DNA from: Candidatus Omnitrophota bacterium
GTDB taxonomy: Bacteria; Omnitrophota; Gorgyraeia; Gygaellales; Profunditerraquicolaceae
Length of the DNA: 64,000 bases
Reading direction: 5' to 3'
Assembly (NCBI GenBank): GCA_003598135.1
Contig: QZKA01000024.1
Span: forward strand, 619 to 64,618
In this document: piece by piece, positions 9,145 to 18,554 of the stretch
Position numbering within the stretch: the first letter of the stretch is position 1
How the letters are laid out: each line of letters starts with the position of its first letter
Notes under the pieces: model-generated
What the model was told of the DNA's origin: nothing
What the model saw: only the letters and a program-made list of their open reading frames with translations
The model's database searches: none
Made by a program: the position numbers and the translations under genes

Positions 9145-10850
9145 TTGTTTATCGCTTTTAGCAGTTCTCCCAATGGCAGTGTGTTGAGCACGTCTTTGGA
9201 AGTAAGCCAGCCCCTGCGGGCAACTGCGATACCGAACCTGGCTGCCTGAAGATGTTCTATGGAATGCGAATCGGTATTGATAGCCAGCTTCACTCCTCGT
9301 TCTTTTGCGCGGCGGCAATGGCTGTCGTTTAAGTCAAGCCGCAGCGGGAAAGAATTAATTTCTAAGGCGGTATTGGTATCTTTGGCTTGCGTGAGGATTG
9401 CGTCAAAATCTATTTCATAGGCATTGCGCGTTCCCCAGAGCCTGCCAGTGGGATGAGAAATAATGTGGACGTATTTGTTATCACAGGCTTTCAGCATCCT
9501 ATGGGTAAGTTTTTCTTTAGACTGTTTAAAGCCGCTATGGATAGCTGCAATGACGATATCGAATTCCTTTAAGATTTCGTCAGGATAATCAAGGCCTCCT
9601 TGCGAATCTATGTCTACCTCTGTCCCGTAAAGGACTTTGCACCGGCGTAATGTGTTATTGACTTTTTCGATTTCGCGCTTTTTCTTCAGAAGGTCTTTTA
9701 CCGAAAGGCCGTTTGCAATCGTAAGCCCTTGCGAATGGTCAGTTACAGCGATATAGGAATACCCTTGTCTTATTGCAGCATGCGCCATCTCTTGTATGGT
9801 ATGATTACCATCTGACCAGCTTGAGTGGGTATGCAAATCCCCCCTTAGATCATCCTGCGTAATCAATTTGGGTAGTTTTCCTTTTCTGGCAAGTTCGATT
9901 TCACCCGTATCCTCTCTTAGTTCCGGTTCGATATATTCCATCCCCAGCAGTTTGAAGATCTCCCCTTCTTTCCTTCCCGCAACAAAAGCCTTTCCTCTGA
10001 AAACGCCGTATTCGTTAATCTTTAAACTTTTCCGTATTGCTATTTGCCTTAATTTGATATTAAAATTTTTTGAGCCGGTAAAATACAGAAGCGCTGCCCC
10101 AAACGATTTTTCCATGACTACGCGGCAATCAACCTGGATGCCGTCATCCGTGCGCACGGATGATTTTGTGCTGCCTGAGGCAATAACCTCTTGTACCTGA
10201 GGCAGGCTTGTGAAGTGATGCATGATTTTTTGGGGTTTTTCCGAGACAATGAGGATATCGATATCCTTGATTGTTTCTTTCTGGCGCCGCAAGGAGCCTG
10301 CACAGGAAATCTTTTTAACCCCGGGTAAGTCCTGAAGCGGCTTTAGGAAGCTCTCAGCGACCTGCCAGGCAACCGAAAGCGGCATACGTTCTTTACCGGC
10401 TTTAAAAAGGCTTATCCCTGCGGTGATATTTTCAATAGTCTTTTCCTTGATGCCGAATATTCCCTTCAGCTTACCTTTAGCAATCGCAGACTCAAGGCCA
10501 GCCACATTTTGTATACGCAGCTCATCGTAAAGCAGCTTAGCGGTTTTTGGTCCGACTGAAGGGACGCGCAGCAACTCAAGCAGGCCGTCAGGGAATGATT
10601 TTTTCAATTCTTCGTACGCCCTAACCTTGCCCGTTCCGATAAATTCATTGATTTTCCTTTCCAGGTCTTCACCGATGCCGGGAATCTCTCTGAGCCTGCC
10701 TTCTTGCGCAATGATTTCGATATCTTCGTTGAGCCCCTCGATGGCCTGCGCTGCACGTTCATATGCCCTAGTGCGGAATGGGTTATCTTGGCGTATTTCA
10801 AACAGCTGGGATAGATTCCTGAAGGTTTCGGCGATTTTTAGGTTTAACAT
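9141..10850 (-). CDS. polX: DNA polymerase X family protein with C-terminal PHP domain
   Basis: HhH/pol-beta-like N-terminal half, then the PHP motif HTHSSWSDGNHTIQEMAHAA...VTDHSQ. Confidence 0.85.
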   Translation of the reverse strand: MLNLKIAETFRNLSQLFEIRQDNPFRTRAYERAAQAIEGLNEDIEIIAQEGRLREIPGIGEDLERKINEFIGTGKVRAYEELKKSFPDGLLELLRVPSVGPKTAKLLYDELRIQNVAGLESAIAKGKLKGIFGIKEKTIENITAGISLFKAGKERMPLSVAWQVAESFLKPLQDLPGVKKISCAGSLRRQKETIKDIDILIVSEKPQKIMHHFTSLPQVQEVIASGSTKSSVRTDDGIQVDCRVVMEKSFGAALLYFTGSKNFNIKLRQIAIRKSLKINEYGVFRGKAFVAGRKEGEIFKLLGMEYIEPELREDTGEIELARKGKLPKLITQDDLRGDLHTHSSWSDGNHTIQEMAHAAIRQGYSYIAVTDHSQGLTIANGLSVKDLLKKKREIEKVNNTLRRCKVLYGTEVDIDSQGGLDYPDEILKEFDIVIAAIHSGFKQSKEKLTHRMLKACDNKYVHIISHPTGRLWGTRNAYEIDFDAILTQAKDTNTALEINSFPLRLDLNDSHCRRAKERGVKLAINTDSHSIEHLQAARFGIAVARRGWLTSKDVLNTLPLGELLKAINK

Positions 10851-10864
10851 CTGAAAAACGAAGA

Positions 10865-11638
10865 TTACGCGCGCAAAGGAAGAGCGTCTGCCTTTTGCAT
10901 CCCTTCTAATACCCTTTGCGCCTTGAAACTTCTTTCAAGGTGATAGGTAAGGAAGGCGTTTAAGATTAAATTTAGTTCCCTCTTAATCTGCGGATTTATC
11001 CCTAAATTAAGGTTATTCTTCAGCTCATTCTTCTCGATATGCAGGATAGTGGCAACCGTGCCCCGGAAAATAAGGCGCGCATTTTTGTCTTTATGGTTAC
11101 AGGTAGTGCAGATGAGGCCGCCGAGCGCTAAACTGAATTTTGATTGGCTTAAGATTTTATTGCCGCAGGATACGCAGGAATCCAGGTGAGGCTTAAAGCC
11201 CGATAAGGAGAGAAGCTTTATTTTGAAAATAGTGGTGATTTTCTCCGGATTGGCACATGACCCCAGCTCTTGAAGCGAGGAATGAGCGAGCGAGAATATC
11301 TCTTCGTTCTTTTCTTCGGCAGGCATTACCGCGTGTAATAATTCTATCATTACGCTTGCGAGGCTTACTCTCGTAACATCGCGGCGGATTGCATCAAAAT
11401 TGTTCTTTAGGTCGCACTGACTAACCAGCTGGATATCCGAATTCTGTTTCCGGTAGAAAATAATCTCATTGAGCGAAAATAGATCCACGGAGCTGGCGAA
11501 TTTCTTCGGTTCAGTGCGTATCCCTTTTAATAGGCCGCTGATTTTTCCGAACTCAAGGGTGAAGAAATCCGCAATGAGGGACGTTTCACGAAAGGGCCGG
11601 CGGTTGAGTACTATCGCTTCTGTTTTATGGATCGACAT
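10865..11638 (-). CDS. recO: DNA repair protein RecO
   Basis: N-terminal OB fold (EAIVLNRRPFRETSLIADFFT) and a C-terminal CxxC...CxxC zinc motif. Confidence 0.85.
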   Translation of the reverse strand: MSIHKTEAIVLNRRPFRETSLIADFFTLEFGKISGLLKGIRTEPKKFASSVDLFSLNEIIFYRKQNSDIQLVSQCDLKNNFDAIRRDVTRVSLASVMIELLHAVMPAEEKNEEIFSLAHSSLQELGSCANPEKITTIFKIKLLSLSGFKPHLDSCVSCGNKILSQSKFSLALGGLICTTCNHKDKNARLIFRGTVATILHIEKNELKNNLNLGINPQIKRELNLILNAFLTYHLERSFKAQRVLEGMQKADALPLRA

Positions 11639-11644
11639 TTTGTG

Positions 11645-12080
11645 GTAGAAGGTTAAGGTTAAAGTTAAGTAAGGTTAAGGCCTAGGCTAAGGTTAAGTTT
11701 CGTATTGAGTATAGAGTATTGTGTATTGAGTACAATGACAAATACCAAAGCACCGATGACAGGAATGACAAATCACAAATGACAAAACTCAAATTCCAAA
11801 TAAATCCCAATGCCCAAAGGGCCAATGATAAATTCTAAACGACAAAACCTAATGGGGCGATAATCAATAGCCTATAGTCGATAGACCCTGCAAATGAAAT
11901 TTGCGCATTTATGCCTTGTCATTACGAGAGCTGCCTTAACCTCAACCTCGACCTTACTTAGCCTTAACCTTGACCTTAGCCTATTATAGTACAGTGTCCT
12001 GTATGGGTTATGCGTACAGCGTTACGCGCCGTTCTCCGTACGCATATCGCACTCAATACTCTGTACTCTATACTCACTAC
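11645..12080. mobile_element. composite MITE-like repeat element (~435 bp) with modules A and B at both ends in inverted orientation and a unique core
   Basis: Left end aaggttaagg... then gtattgagtatagagtattgtgtattgagt. Right end ccttaacctcaacc... then cactcaatactctgtactctatactcac. The core atgacaaataccaaagc...caaatgacaaaactcaaattccaaataaatcccaatgcccaaagg recurs inverted at 18700-18860. Confidence 0.6.
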
Positions 12081-12508
12081 TAACAAATATTATTTTTCTT
12101 CAAAATCCCCACTGCCCTTCTGTGCATTTCTTTTTTGCCTTTGGCAGTTTTATCATCAAAGCCCTGCAGATGAAGGATGCCGTGGGCTATATACAAGTAA
12201 AGTTCAAAAAGGGGCGAAGTACCAAACTCAGCCGCATTACGGAACGCCGTTTCAGTCGAAATAATAATATCTGCAGAAAACTCCTCTTTTTTTACGCCAA
12301 GCTCAAACGCTAATACGTCAGTGGGTTTTTTCTTGCCAAGAAAGCGGGAATTCAGTTTTTGTATCTGCGCGTCGTTTACGAAGCAAAAAGTCAATTCACC
12401 GGATTTTTTTAAGTCCCTGCGGGATAAGGCGCTAAAGGTTAACTTCTTTATCCTTGTCGGATTGATGGGAATTTTCTTTTGCAGGTTTTTTATGATTATT
12501 CTCAACAT
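12080..12508 (-). CDS. ybeY: endoribonuclease YbeY (rRNA maturation factor)
   Basis: HGILHLQGFDD matches the HxxxHxxxxxH zinc motif, and the N-terminus aligns with YbeY proteins. The start was chosen at MLRIII, which leaves about 77 nt of overlap with the upstream gene. Confidence 0.8.
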   Translation of the reverse strand: MLRIIIKNLQKKIPINPTRIKKLTFSALSRRDLKKSGELTFCFVNDAQIQKLNSRFLGKKKPTDVLAFELGVKKEEFSADIIISTETAFRNAAEFGTSPLFELYLYIAHGILHLQGFDDKTAKGKKEMHRRAVGILKKNNIC

Positions 12509-13877
12509 TCGCCTCTGGATAGGTGATGCGCACATGGTAGATACTGTTCAGGATGCGGATAAACACCTTTGAAATCTGTTCCAAATCCTTTAAGGTAAGC
12601 TCGCATTCATCAAGCTGGCCGTCGATAAATTTGTTATTGATGATCTTATGAACCACTTCTTCAATCTTGGCAGGGTTCGGCTCTTTTAAGGCGCGAGTAG
12701 CAGCCTCTACCGAATCCGCCAGCAATACCACAGCAGTCTCTTTGCTGTTTGGTTTCGGCCCGGGGTAACGGAACCCTTCCTCCTGGATTTTTTGGTCCTC
12801 TTCTACGCTTTCCACTGCGCGGCGGTAAAAATAATAGACAAGGCTGTTGCCATGGTGTTGATGGATGAAGTTTATGATTGCAGGGTTTAGCCTGCTGCGT
12901 TTTGCTAATTCGATGCCTTCTTTTACATGGTTCATAATTACCAGCTTGCTCATCGTGGGAGAAAGCTCGTCATGTTTACTTTGGCTTAAGTCCTGGTTTT
13001 CGCTGAAGTATTCAGGCTTTTCCAGCTTTCCGATGTCGTGGTAATATGCGCCTATGCGCGCAAGGAGCGCATTGGCATTGATGGCCTCGCAGGCAGCTTC
13101 AGAGAGATTGCCAACAATAAGGCTGTGGTGGTAAGTCCCCGGCACTTCAAGCATAAGGCGATGCAGGAGCGGCTGATTAAAATCGGATAATTCAAGAAGG
13201 GTAATATTGGTGATGGTTTTAAAGAGGTATTCAAAAATAGACAAAGTCCCCAATACGATGATGCTGCAGGCAAGGCCGTTTAAAAAGAACGCAGAATATA
13301 CAGTAGTGTGTTTTATAAGGTCGCCCGGATAAAGCAATAGATACGATAAGGCCTGGACGAAACCGATGATAAGCCCCGCCTTGATAATGGTGAACCTTCT
13401 CCTTGCCCCGACTACAAGTGTGATCGAAAGGATACCGCTGATAAGGAACAAAACCTCGACCAGAAGTTTGTTGCCAAAAATGAATGCCAGGGAAACGGCT
13501 GCGGCAAGATTGAGCAAAAACGGTATGGTAAGGCGAGGGAACAAAAGCGTTGCCAGCATAGGAAAGGCAGCGTAAGGTAGATAAAAAATCGGCAATTTCT
13601 GCTGTGCGAGCCAATAGGCGGTGACAAAATTAATCACAAAAAGAAACGAAGGATTTAATAGTTTATAGGCGAGCCGGTTATGCGTAAGGTAAAGATATTT
13701 AAAATAAATCGTCAGCGACAGCAGGAATAATCCCAAGAGGGTGTTGATATGCAGGACATAACAGAGCGTAAAAACAAGGATAGTCCCAAATAAGAATCCG
13801 ACGATTTCGCGGGTGCGCATCGAAGGGCTCATGCCCTGAGGCTGCTTTTTTTTGTTATTGACGGTTTGCGTGTTCAT
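12432..13877 (-). CDS. 7TM receptor with intracellular HD hydrolase domain (YqfF/PgpH-like)
   Basis: About 7 N-terminal TM helices followed by the HD domain HHSLIVGNLSE...GAYYHDIGK. It sits between phoH and ybeY as in Firmicutes. The start could be 13877, 13832 or 13820. Confidence 0.75.
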   Translation of the reverse strand: MNTQTVNNKKKQPQGMSPSMRTREIVGFLFGTILVFTLCYVLHINTLLGLFLLSLTIYFKYLYLTHNRLAYKLLNPSFLFVINFVTAYWLAQQKLPIFYLPYAAFPMLATLLFPRLTIPFLLNLAAAVSLAFIFGNKLLVEVLFLISGILSITLVVGARRRFTIIKAGLIIGFVQALSYLLLYPGDLIKHTTVYSAFFLNGLACSIIVLGTLSIFEYLFKTITNITLLELSDFNQPLLHRLMLEVPGTYHHSLIVGNLSEAACEAINANALLARIGAYYHDIGKLEKPEYFSENQDLSQSKHDELSPTMSKLVIMNHVKEGIELAKRSRLNPAIINFIHQHHGNSLVYYFYRRAVESVEEDQKIQEEGFRYPGPKPNSKETAVVLLADSVEAATRALKEPNPAKIEEVVHKIINNKFIDGQLDECELTLKDLEQISKVFIRILNSIYHVRITYPEANVENNHKKPAKENSHQSDKDKEVNL

Positions 13878-14844
13878 ATGCCTGGATTATTTTCTGGACA
13901 AGTTCGTGCCTGACGATATCCTCTCCTGTCAAAAATACGAATTTGATGCCTTCTATGTCGCGCAATATCTCCTGCGCCTGCAACAGCCCGATAGGCTTGC
14001 CGTCGGGCAGGTCGCTCTGCGTAATATCTCCGGTAATGACCGCTTTTGAATAAAACCCGATCCGGGTCAAAAACATTTTCATCTGCTCTGCGGTCGCGTT
14101 CTGTGCTTCATCGAGGACAATAAAGGCGTCGTTTAAGGTCCTGCCTCTCATATATGCAAGCGGCGCCACTTCGATGATCCCTGTTTCGATATATTTTTCT
14201 ATCCTTTCGGCATCCATCATGTCGTAAAGGGCATCATAGAGCGGCCGCAGATAGGGTGAGATTTTTTCATACATGTCCCCTGGCAAAAAACCAAGAGATT
14301 CACCGGCTTCGATTGCAGGCCGGGTAAGGATGATACGGCGCACTTCCTGTTTCTTGAGGGCCTCTACGGCTTGGGCCATTGCCAGGTATGTTTTTCCGGT
14401 ACCTGCTGGCCCGACTCCAAAAACTATGTCGTACTTCTTGATTGAATCAATGTATTCCCGCTGGCCCTTGGTCTTTGGCCCGATTGTCTTTTCGATGCCG
14501 AGCTTAGTTGAAGTTAAGGGCACCCTCTGATGTTTCTTTTCTCTCTTCAATTCTTCCCTTGCGTAATGCGGCACGCGCGGTTCTTCCTGCGGGCTCCTAA
14601 TGGAATCAAGTAGATCTTCTAGGTATTTGCGTGCCTTGCTGATCCTGACAGATGAACCGGATATCTGGAGATGGTTATCATGTATGGTCAGGCGGACCTT
14701 CAGTTCTTCTTCCAGCCTTTTTAGGCTTTCATCAAACCGCCCGCACAGCTGCTGTACTTCCGCAATGCTTTCTAACTTAATGATTTTTTTCACTGTCCCG
14801 TTATTTAAATTTCTGCATGCCTTCCGTAGCAACGGGCCCTTCAA
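13855..14844 (-). CDS. phoH: PhoH-like ATPase (YbeZ)
   Basis: GVGPAGTGKTYLAMAQAV...ILTRPAIEAGESLGFLPGD. Confidence 0.85.
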   Translation of the reverse strand: MKGPLLRKACRNLNNGTVKKIIKLESIAEVQQLCGRFDESLKRLEEELKVRLTIHDNHLQISGSSVRISKARKYLEDLLDSIRSPQEEPRVPHYAREELKREKKHQRVPLTSTKLGIEKTIGPKTKGQREYIDSIKKYDIVFGVGPAGTGKTYLAMAQAVEALKKQEVRRIILTRPAIEAGESLGFLPGDMYEKISPYLRPLYDALYDMMDAERIEKYIETGIIEVAPLAYMRGRTLNDAFIVLDEAQNATAEQMKMFLTRIGFYSKAVITGDITQSDLPDGKPIGLLQAQEILRDIEGIKFVFLTGEDIVRHELVQKIIQAYEHANRQ

Positions 14845-15388
14845 CAGGTATAACCAGTGTTTGTCCGGGGTAAATCTTATTGGGAGCTTTTAGGGTATTT
14901 TTGTTCGCCTCAAAGATCTTTTGCCATTTTTTTGTCGTTCCAAAAAATTTAAGGGAGATTTTTTGAAGCGTATCGCTTTTCTGGACTTTGTAGTTTTGAA
15001 AACTTGCTTTTTTGGCTGCTTGCGCGGGTTCGGCAATTTCAGGCGCATAGCTACTTGAGATATACCCACGGTTGCCCCACGCTTCTTTGTCTTCGGTTTT
15101 TTCGGCAATAGTTCCCCTCATAGCGACCTTTGAAGCGCTCTCTGAAGACGCAGGTGTTTTTTCAAATTTGAGCGGTGAATGTAATTCCATCTCAACCACC
15201 CTTAAGGAACGGGTAGCTTTACGGTCGGCCTTCTCGCCTGCAACAGGCCTGCCCTTAAGATAGCCACGGTTTCCCTGCAGATCCTGATCAACCCTGTTTT
15301 TTGTCGTTTGATACGTCCTCACCACGCAACCGGAAAGCAAAAACGCCGATGCCAAGAGCACAAAATACATTTGTTTTAGCGAATTCAT
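14801..15388 (-). CDS. LysM-domain lipoprotein
   Basis: Lipoprotein signal MNSLKQMYFVLLASAFLLSGC and a C-terminal LysM domain (YKVQKSDTLQKISLKFFGTTKKWQKIFEANKN...YPGQTLVIP). Confidence 0.7.
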   Translation of the reverse strand: MNSLKQMYFVLLASAFLLSGCVVRTYQTTKNRVDQDLQGNRGYLKGRPVAGEKADRKATRSLRVVEMELHSPLKFEKTPASSESASKVAMRGTIAEKTEDKEAWGNRGYISSSYAPEIAEPAQAAKKASFQNYKVQKSDTLQKISLKFFGTTKKWQKIFEANKNTLKAPNKIYPGQTLVIPVEGPVATEGMQKFK

Positions 15389-15389
15389 A

Positions 15390-16784
15390 CTAAGCCTCCT
15401 TTTTTTTGGCTAAATTGATTTTTAATTCTTTGAGCTGCCTTGCGTCAACCTCTGAAGGTGCTTGTGTAAGCGGACAGAATGCCTTCTGCGTCTTCGGGAA
15501 GCCGATTACTTCCCGGATACTCGCCTCATTGGCAAGTATTGCCAAGAGCCTATCTATGCCGAATGCGATACCTCCGTGCGGAGGCGCGCCGTATTGAAAC
15601 GCATCCAGAAGAAAACCGAAACGCTTGCGTGTTTCTTCATGCTGAATGCCGATTATCTTGAAAATCATTTCCTGAAGCGCCTGTTCGTGGATCCTTATCG
15701 AGCCGGAACCGATTTCCATGCCGTTTAATACTAGGTCATAAGAACGGGATAACGCCTCTGCTGGATTCGTTTCAAGCTTTTCAGCCTGGAGCGGATGTGG
15801 CGCAGTAAAAGGATGGTGTTCGCTCTCCCAGCGTTTTTCTTCATCATTATATTTAAACAGCGGAAAATCAACAACCCAGGCAAAGGCTAATTCCAGGCCC
15901 GACTCCTGCCGTAAGTCCGGCTTGTCGCTGGAATACCTGCGCATCGCCTCTTTATAAGAGATGCGCGGGAACGGCGTTTTTAACTCGATACCCTTTACCT
16001 TCTTTATTATTAGATACATCAATTCCTCTGTCAAACTAAATATATCCTCTTCGTTGACGAAGGACATTTCGATATCCAGCTGGGTAAATTCTGGCTGGCG
16101 GTCAGCGCGCAGGTCTTCGTCGCGGAAACATTTTGCGATCTGGTAATACCGTTCAATGCCTGAGACCATAAGGATCTGCTTGAATAGCTGCGGCGACTGG
16201 GGAAGCGCGTAAAATTGACCGGGGTTAAGCCTTGAAGGGACTAAATAATCACGCGCGCCTTCCGGTGTCGATTTAGTAAGTATGGGGGTTTCACATTCAA
16301 TAAAGTCCTTTTCCGCCAAAAAGGCCCTCATGACCTTATACACCTTGTCCCTCAAGGTAAAATTAGAAAAAACGTTTTTTCTGCGTAGGTCAAGATACCG
16401 GTACTTAAGCCGTAGTTCTTCGTCAATAGGTAGGTCCTCTTTTATCTCAAACGGCGGGGTGAGGCTGGGGTTGAGGATCTTAAGCCCGGTTGCAAGAATT
16501 TCTATTTCTCCCGTAGGCAACTTTGGATTGAGGGTACCTTGTGGTCTTTGATTTACCTTGCCGTTGACCATGACTACGTATTCATCCCGCAGCGTCTGTG
16601 CGGACTTATACGCCTCGCCGATATCTTTGGGGATAAAAACTACCTGGGTAAGGCCATACCTGTCCCTTATATCTATAAAAATAAGCTTACCGTGGTCGCG
16701 CCTGCTGGCAACCCAGCCGCATAGCGTTACTTCGCTACCGATGTCTTTCGCCGTTAATTCACCGCATGTGTGGGAACGTAGCAT
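15390..16784 (-). CDS. aspS: aspartate--tRNA ligase, short form lacking the GAD insertion domain
   Basis: Class IIb core with the bacterial-type motif FRDEDLRADRQPEFTQLDIEMSF and GGIAFGIDRL. At 464 aa it is well short of the ~590 aa typical of bacterial AspRS. Confidence 0.8.
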   Translation of the reverse strand: MLRSHTCGELTAKDIGSEVTLCGWVASRRDHGKLIFIDIRDRYGLTQVVFIPKDIGEAYKSAQTLRDEYVVMVNGKVNQRPQGTLNPKLPTGEIEILATGLKILNPSLTPPFEIKEDLPIDEELRLKYRYLDLRRKNVFSNFTLRDKVYKVMRAFLAEKDFIECETPILTKSTPEGARDYLVPSRLNPGQFYALPQSPQLFKQILMVSGIERYYQIAKCFRDEDLRADRQPEFTQLDIEMSFVNEEDIFSLTEELMYLIIKKVKGIELKTPFPRISYKEAMRRYSSDKPDLRQESGLELAFAWVVDFPLFKYNDEEKRWESEHHPFTAPHPLQAEKLETNPAEALSRSYDLVLNGMEIGSGSIRIHEQALQEMIFKIIGIQHEETRKRFGFLLDAFQYGAPPHGGIAFGIDRLLAILANEASIREVIGFPKTQKAFCPLTQAPSEVDARQLKELKINLAKKKEA

Positions 16785-16800
16785 TTTGTTAAAAAATTAC

Positions 16801-16950
16801 TTAAGGTTGAGGTTAAGGCTAAAGGTTAAGTAAGGTCAAGGATTAGGTAGTGAGTTTAGTGTATGGTGGTATGTTATTGGCCAAAAGAAAAACAACACCA
16901 ATTACCTTACCCAACAACCAAACCGACAACCTTACCTTTACCTAACTACT
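16801..16950. repeat. intergenic modular repeat, copy 5 (aaggttaagg-type units and degenerate ccttacc units)
   Basis: ttaaggttgaggttaaggctaaaggttaagtaaggtcaagg lies between the aspS start and the hisS stop. Confidence 0.7.
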
Positions 16951-18205
16951 TTACCTGATAAATAGCACCGATTTCCTGGATCATTTGTTCAATCTTAACT
17001 TCCTTCTGTTGCCCCGACTGCATATCTTTTAGGCTGATTGTTTCTTTACTCAACTCGTCTTCTCCCAGGATCGCTACAAACCTGGCATTGAAATCATTTG
17101 CTTTGCGCATTGCGCCCTTAAGGGATTTGCTCTCGTAATCTGTATCAGCAGCTATTCCATGATTACGTAAATTATTAAGAATCTTAAACCCTTCTTCCCT
17201 GGCCCGGTCGCCCAAAAGGATCAAAAAAACGAGCGGTTTAGGCGCAGGAATTACCTTTTCTTCTTTACACACCAACAATAATCTTTCTATCCCGAACGCA
17301 AATCCACACGCCCCTTTGTCAGGGCCGCCAAGCTCCTGAGTGAGAGTGTCGTACCTGCCGCCTGCGCCGAGTGCATCCTGCTGGCTCTCAAGTGACTTGT
17401 GTTTGAATTCAAACACCGTGCCCGTATAATAATCAAGGCCCCTGACCAATAAATGCGAAACTTCGTACTTGACTCCTAGCGCACCAAGCCCTTTCTTGAC
17501 CAGTTCAAAGTGCTGTGCGCATTCTTTGCATAAATGTTCGTTTTTAAGGCCGAGGTCTTTAACAAGGGCGCGGCAGGATTCATTTTTGCAATCAAGGATC
17601 CTGAATACATTGCGCTCATAACGCGCCCGGCATTCTTCGCAAAACCGCCCGACCTTGCCTTTAAGCGCAGCTCGTAATAGGTCTGAAAATTTCTTTTTGT
17701 CCTGCGGACAGCCAAGGCTGTTTAAGTGCAGGGTGTAGCCATCGATAAAAAAACGAGTAAGCAGGGTATTTGCCAGCGAGATAACCTCGACATCTACATA
17801 GGGGTCCTTTGAGCCGATTGCCTCACAGCCAATATGATGAAATTGCCTGAATCTTCCCTTTTGCGGACGTTCAAGCCTAAACATAGGGCCAATGTAATAT
17901 AGTTTCGAAAACGGCTGCTGCTTATCAAGGCTATTCTCAATATAGGCACGGACAATTGAGGCAGTAGCTTCTGGCCTGAGCGCGAACTCATCATCGCCTT
18001 TTTTTACTAGAAACATCTGTTTCTGGACGATTTCTGCGGTTTCCCCCAAAGATCGATTGAATAAAGACGAATCTTCAAGTAATGGAGGGCGCATCTCTTT
18101 ATAATTATAGAGATTGAATACTTCCCTGCTGATTGCTTCCAGGCTTTGCCATAGACTGACTTGTGCAGGCAGGATATCTTTTGTTCCGGCTACTCTTTTA
18201 AACAT
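16946..18205 (-). CDS. hisS: histidine--tRNA ligase
   Basis: The MFKRVAGTKDILP N-terminus and class IIa motifs across the length identify HisRS. Confidence 0.88.
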   Translation of the reverse strand: MFKRVAGTKDILPAQVSLWQSLEAISREVFNLYNYKEMRPPLLEDSSLFNRSLGETAEIVQKQMFLVKKGDDEFALRPEATASIVRAYIENSLDKQQPFSKLYYIGPMFRLERPQKGRFRQFHHIGCEAIGSKDPYVDVEVISLANTLLTRFFIDGYTLHLNSLGCPQDKKKFSDLLRAALKGKVGRFCEECRARYERNVFRILDCKNESCRALVKDLGLKNEHLCKECAQHFELVKKGLGALGVKYEVSHLLVRGLDYYTGTVFEFKHKSLESQQDALGAGGRYDTLTQELGGPDKGACGFAFGIERLLLVCKEEKVIPAPKPLVFLILLGDRAREEGFKILNNLRNHGIAADTDYESKSLKGAMRKANDFNARFVAILGEDELSKETISLKDMQSGQQKEVKIEQMIQEIGAIYQVK

Positions 18206-18208
18206 AGA

Positions 18209-18481
18209 TTATTTTATCTTTTTCTTCATTTCGAGGCCGGGCTTGAAGACTACTACTTTGCGGGGCGGAACAGGAACGACTTGACCTGTGCGCGGATTTC
18301 TGCCGGTTCGGCTTCTTCTCTGTTTTATTTTAAAAACGCCGAAATTCCTCAGCTCTATTTTTTCCCCGCGCACCAGAGCGTCTATTATGCAGTCGAAACA
18401 TTTTTGCACAACTCTTTTTACATCGGTTTGCTTCAGGTTAGTATCGTCAGAAATTTTCAGGATGATATCTTTTTTAGTCAT
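18209..18481 (-). CDS. hup: HU/IHF family DNA-binding protein
   Basis: MTKKDIILKISDDTNLKQTDVKRVV...GRNPRTGQVVPVPPRKVVVFKPG. Confidence 0.85.
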   Translation of the reverse strand: MTKKDIILKISDDTNLKQTDVKRVVQKCFDCIIDALVRGEKIELRNFGVFKIKQRRSRTGRNPRTGQVVPVPPRKVVVFKPGLEMKKKIK

Positions 18482-18554
18482 TTTTCCCTCCATTTTTTTC
18501 AGGCTAACTACGCAAGTATAGTATCAACAAAATGTTACGATGTCAATAGAATTT

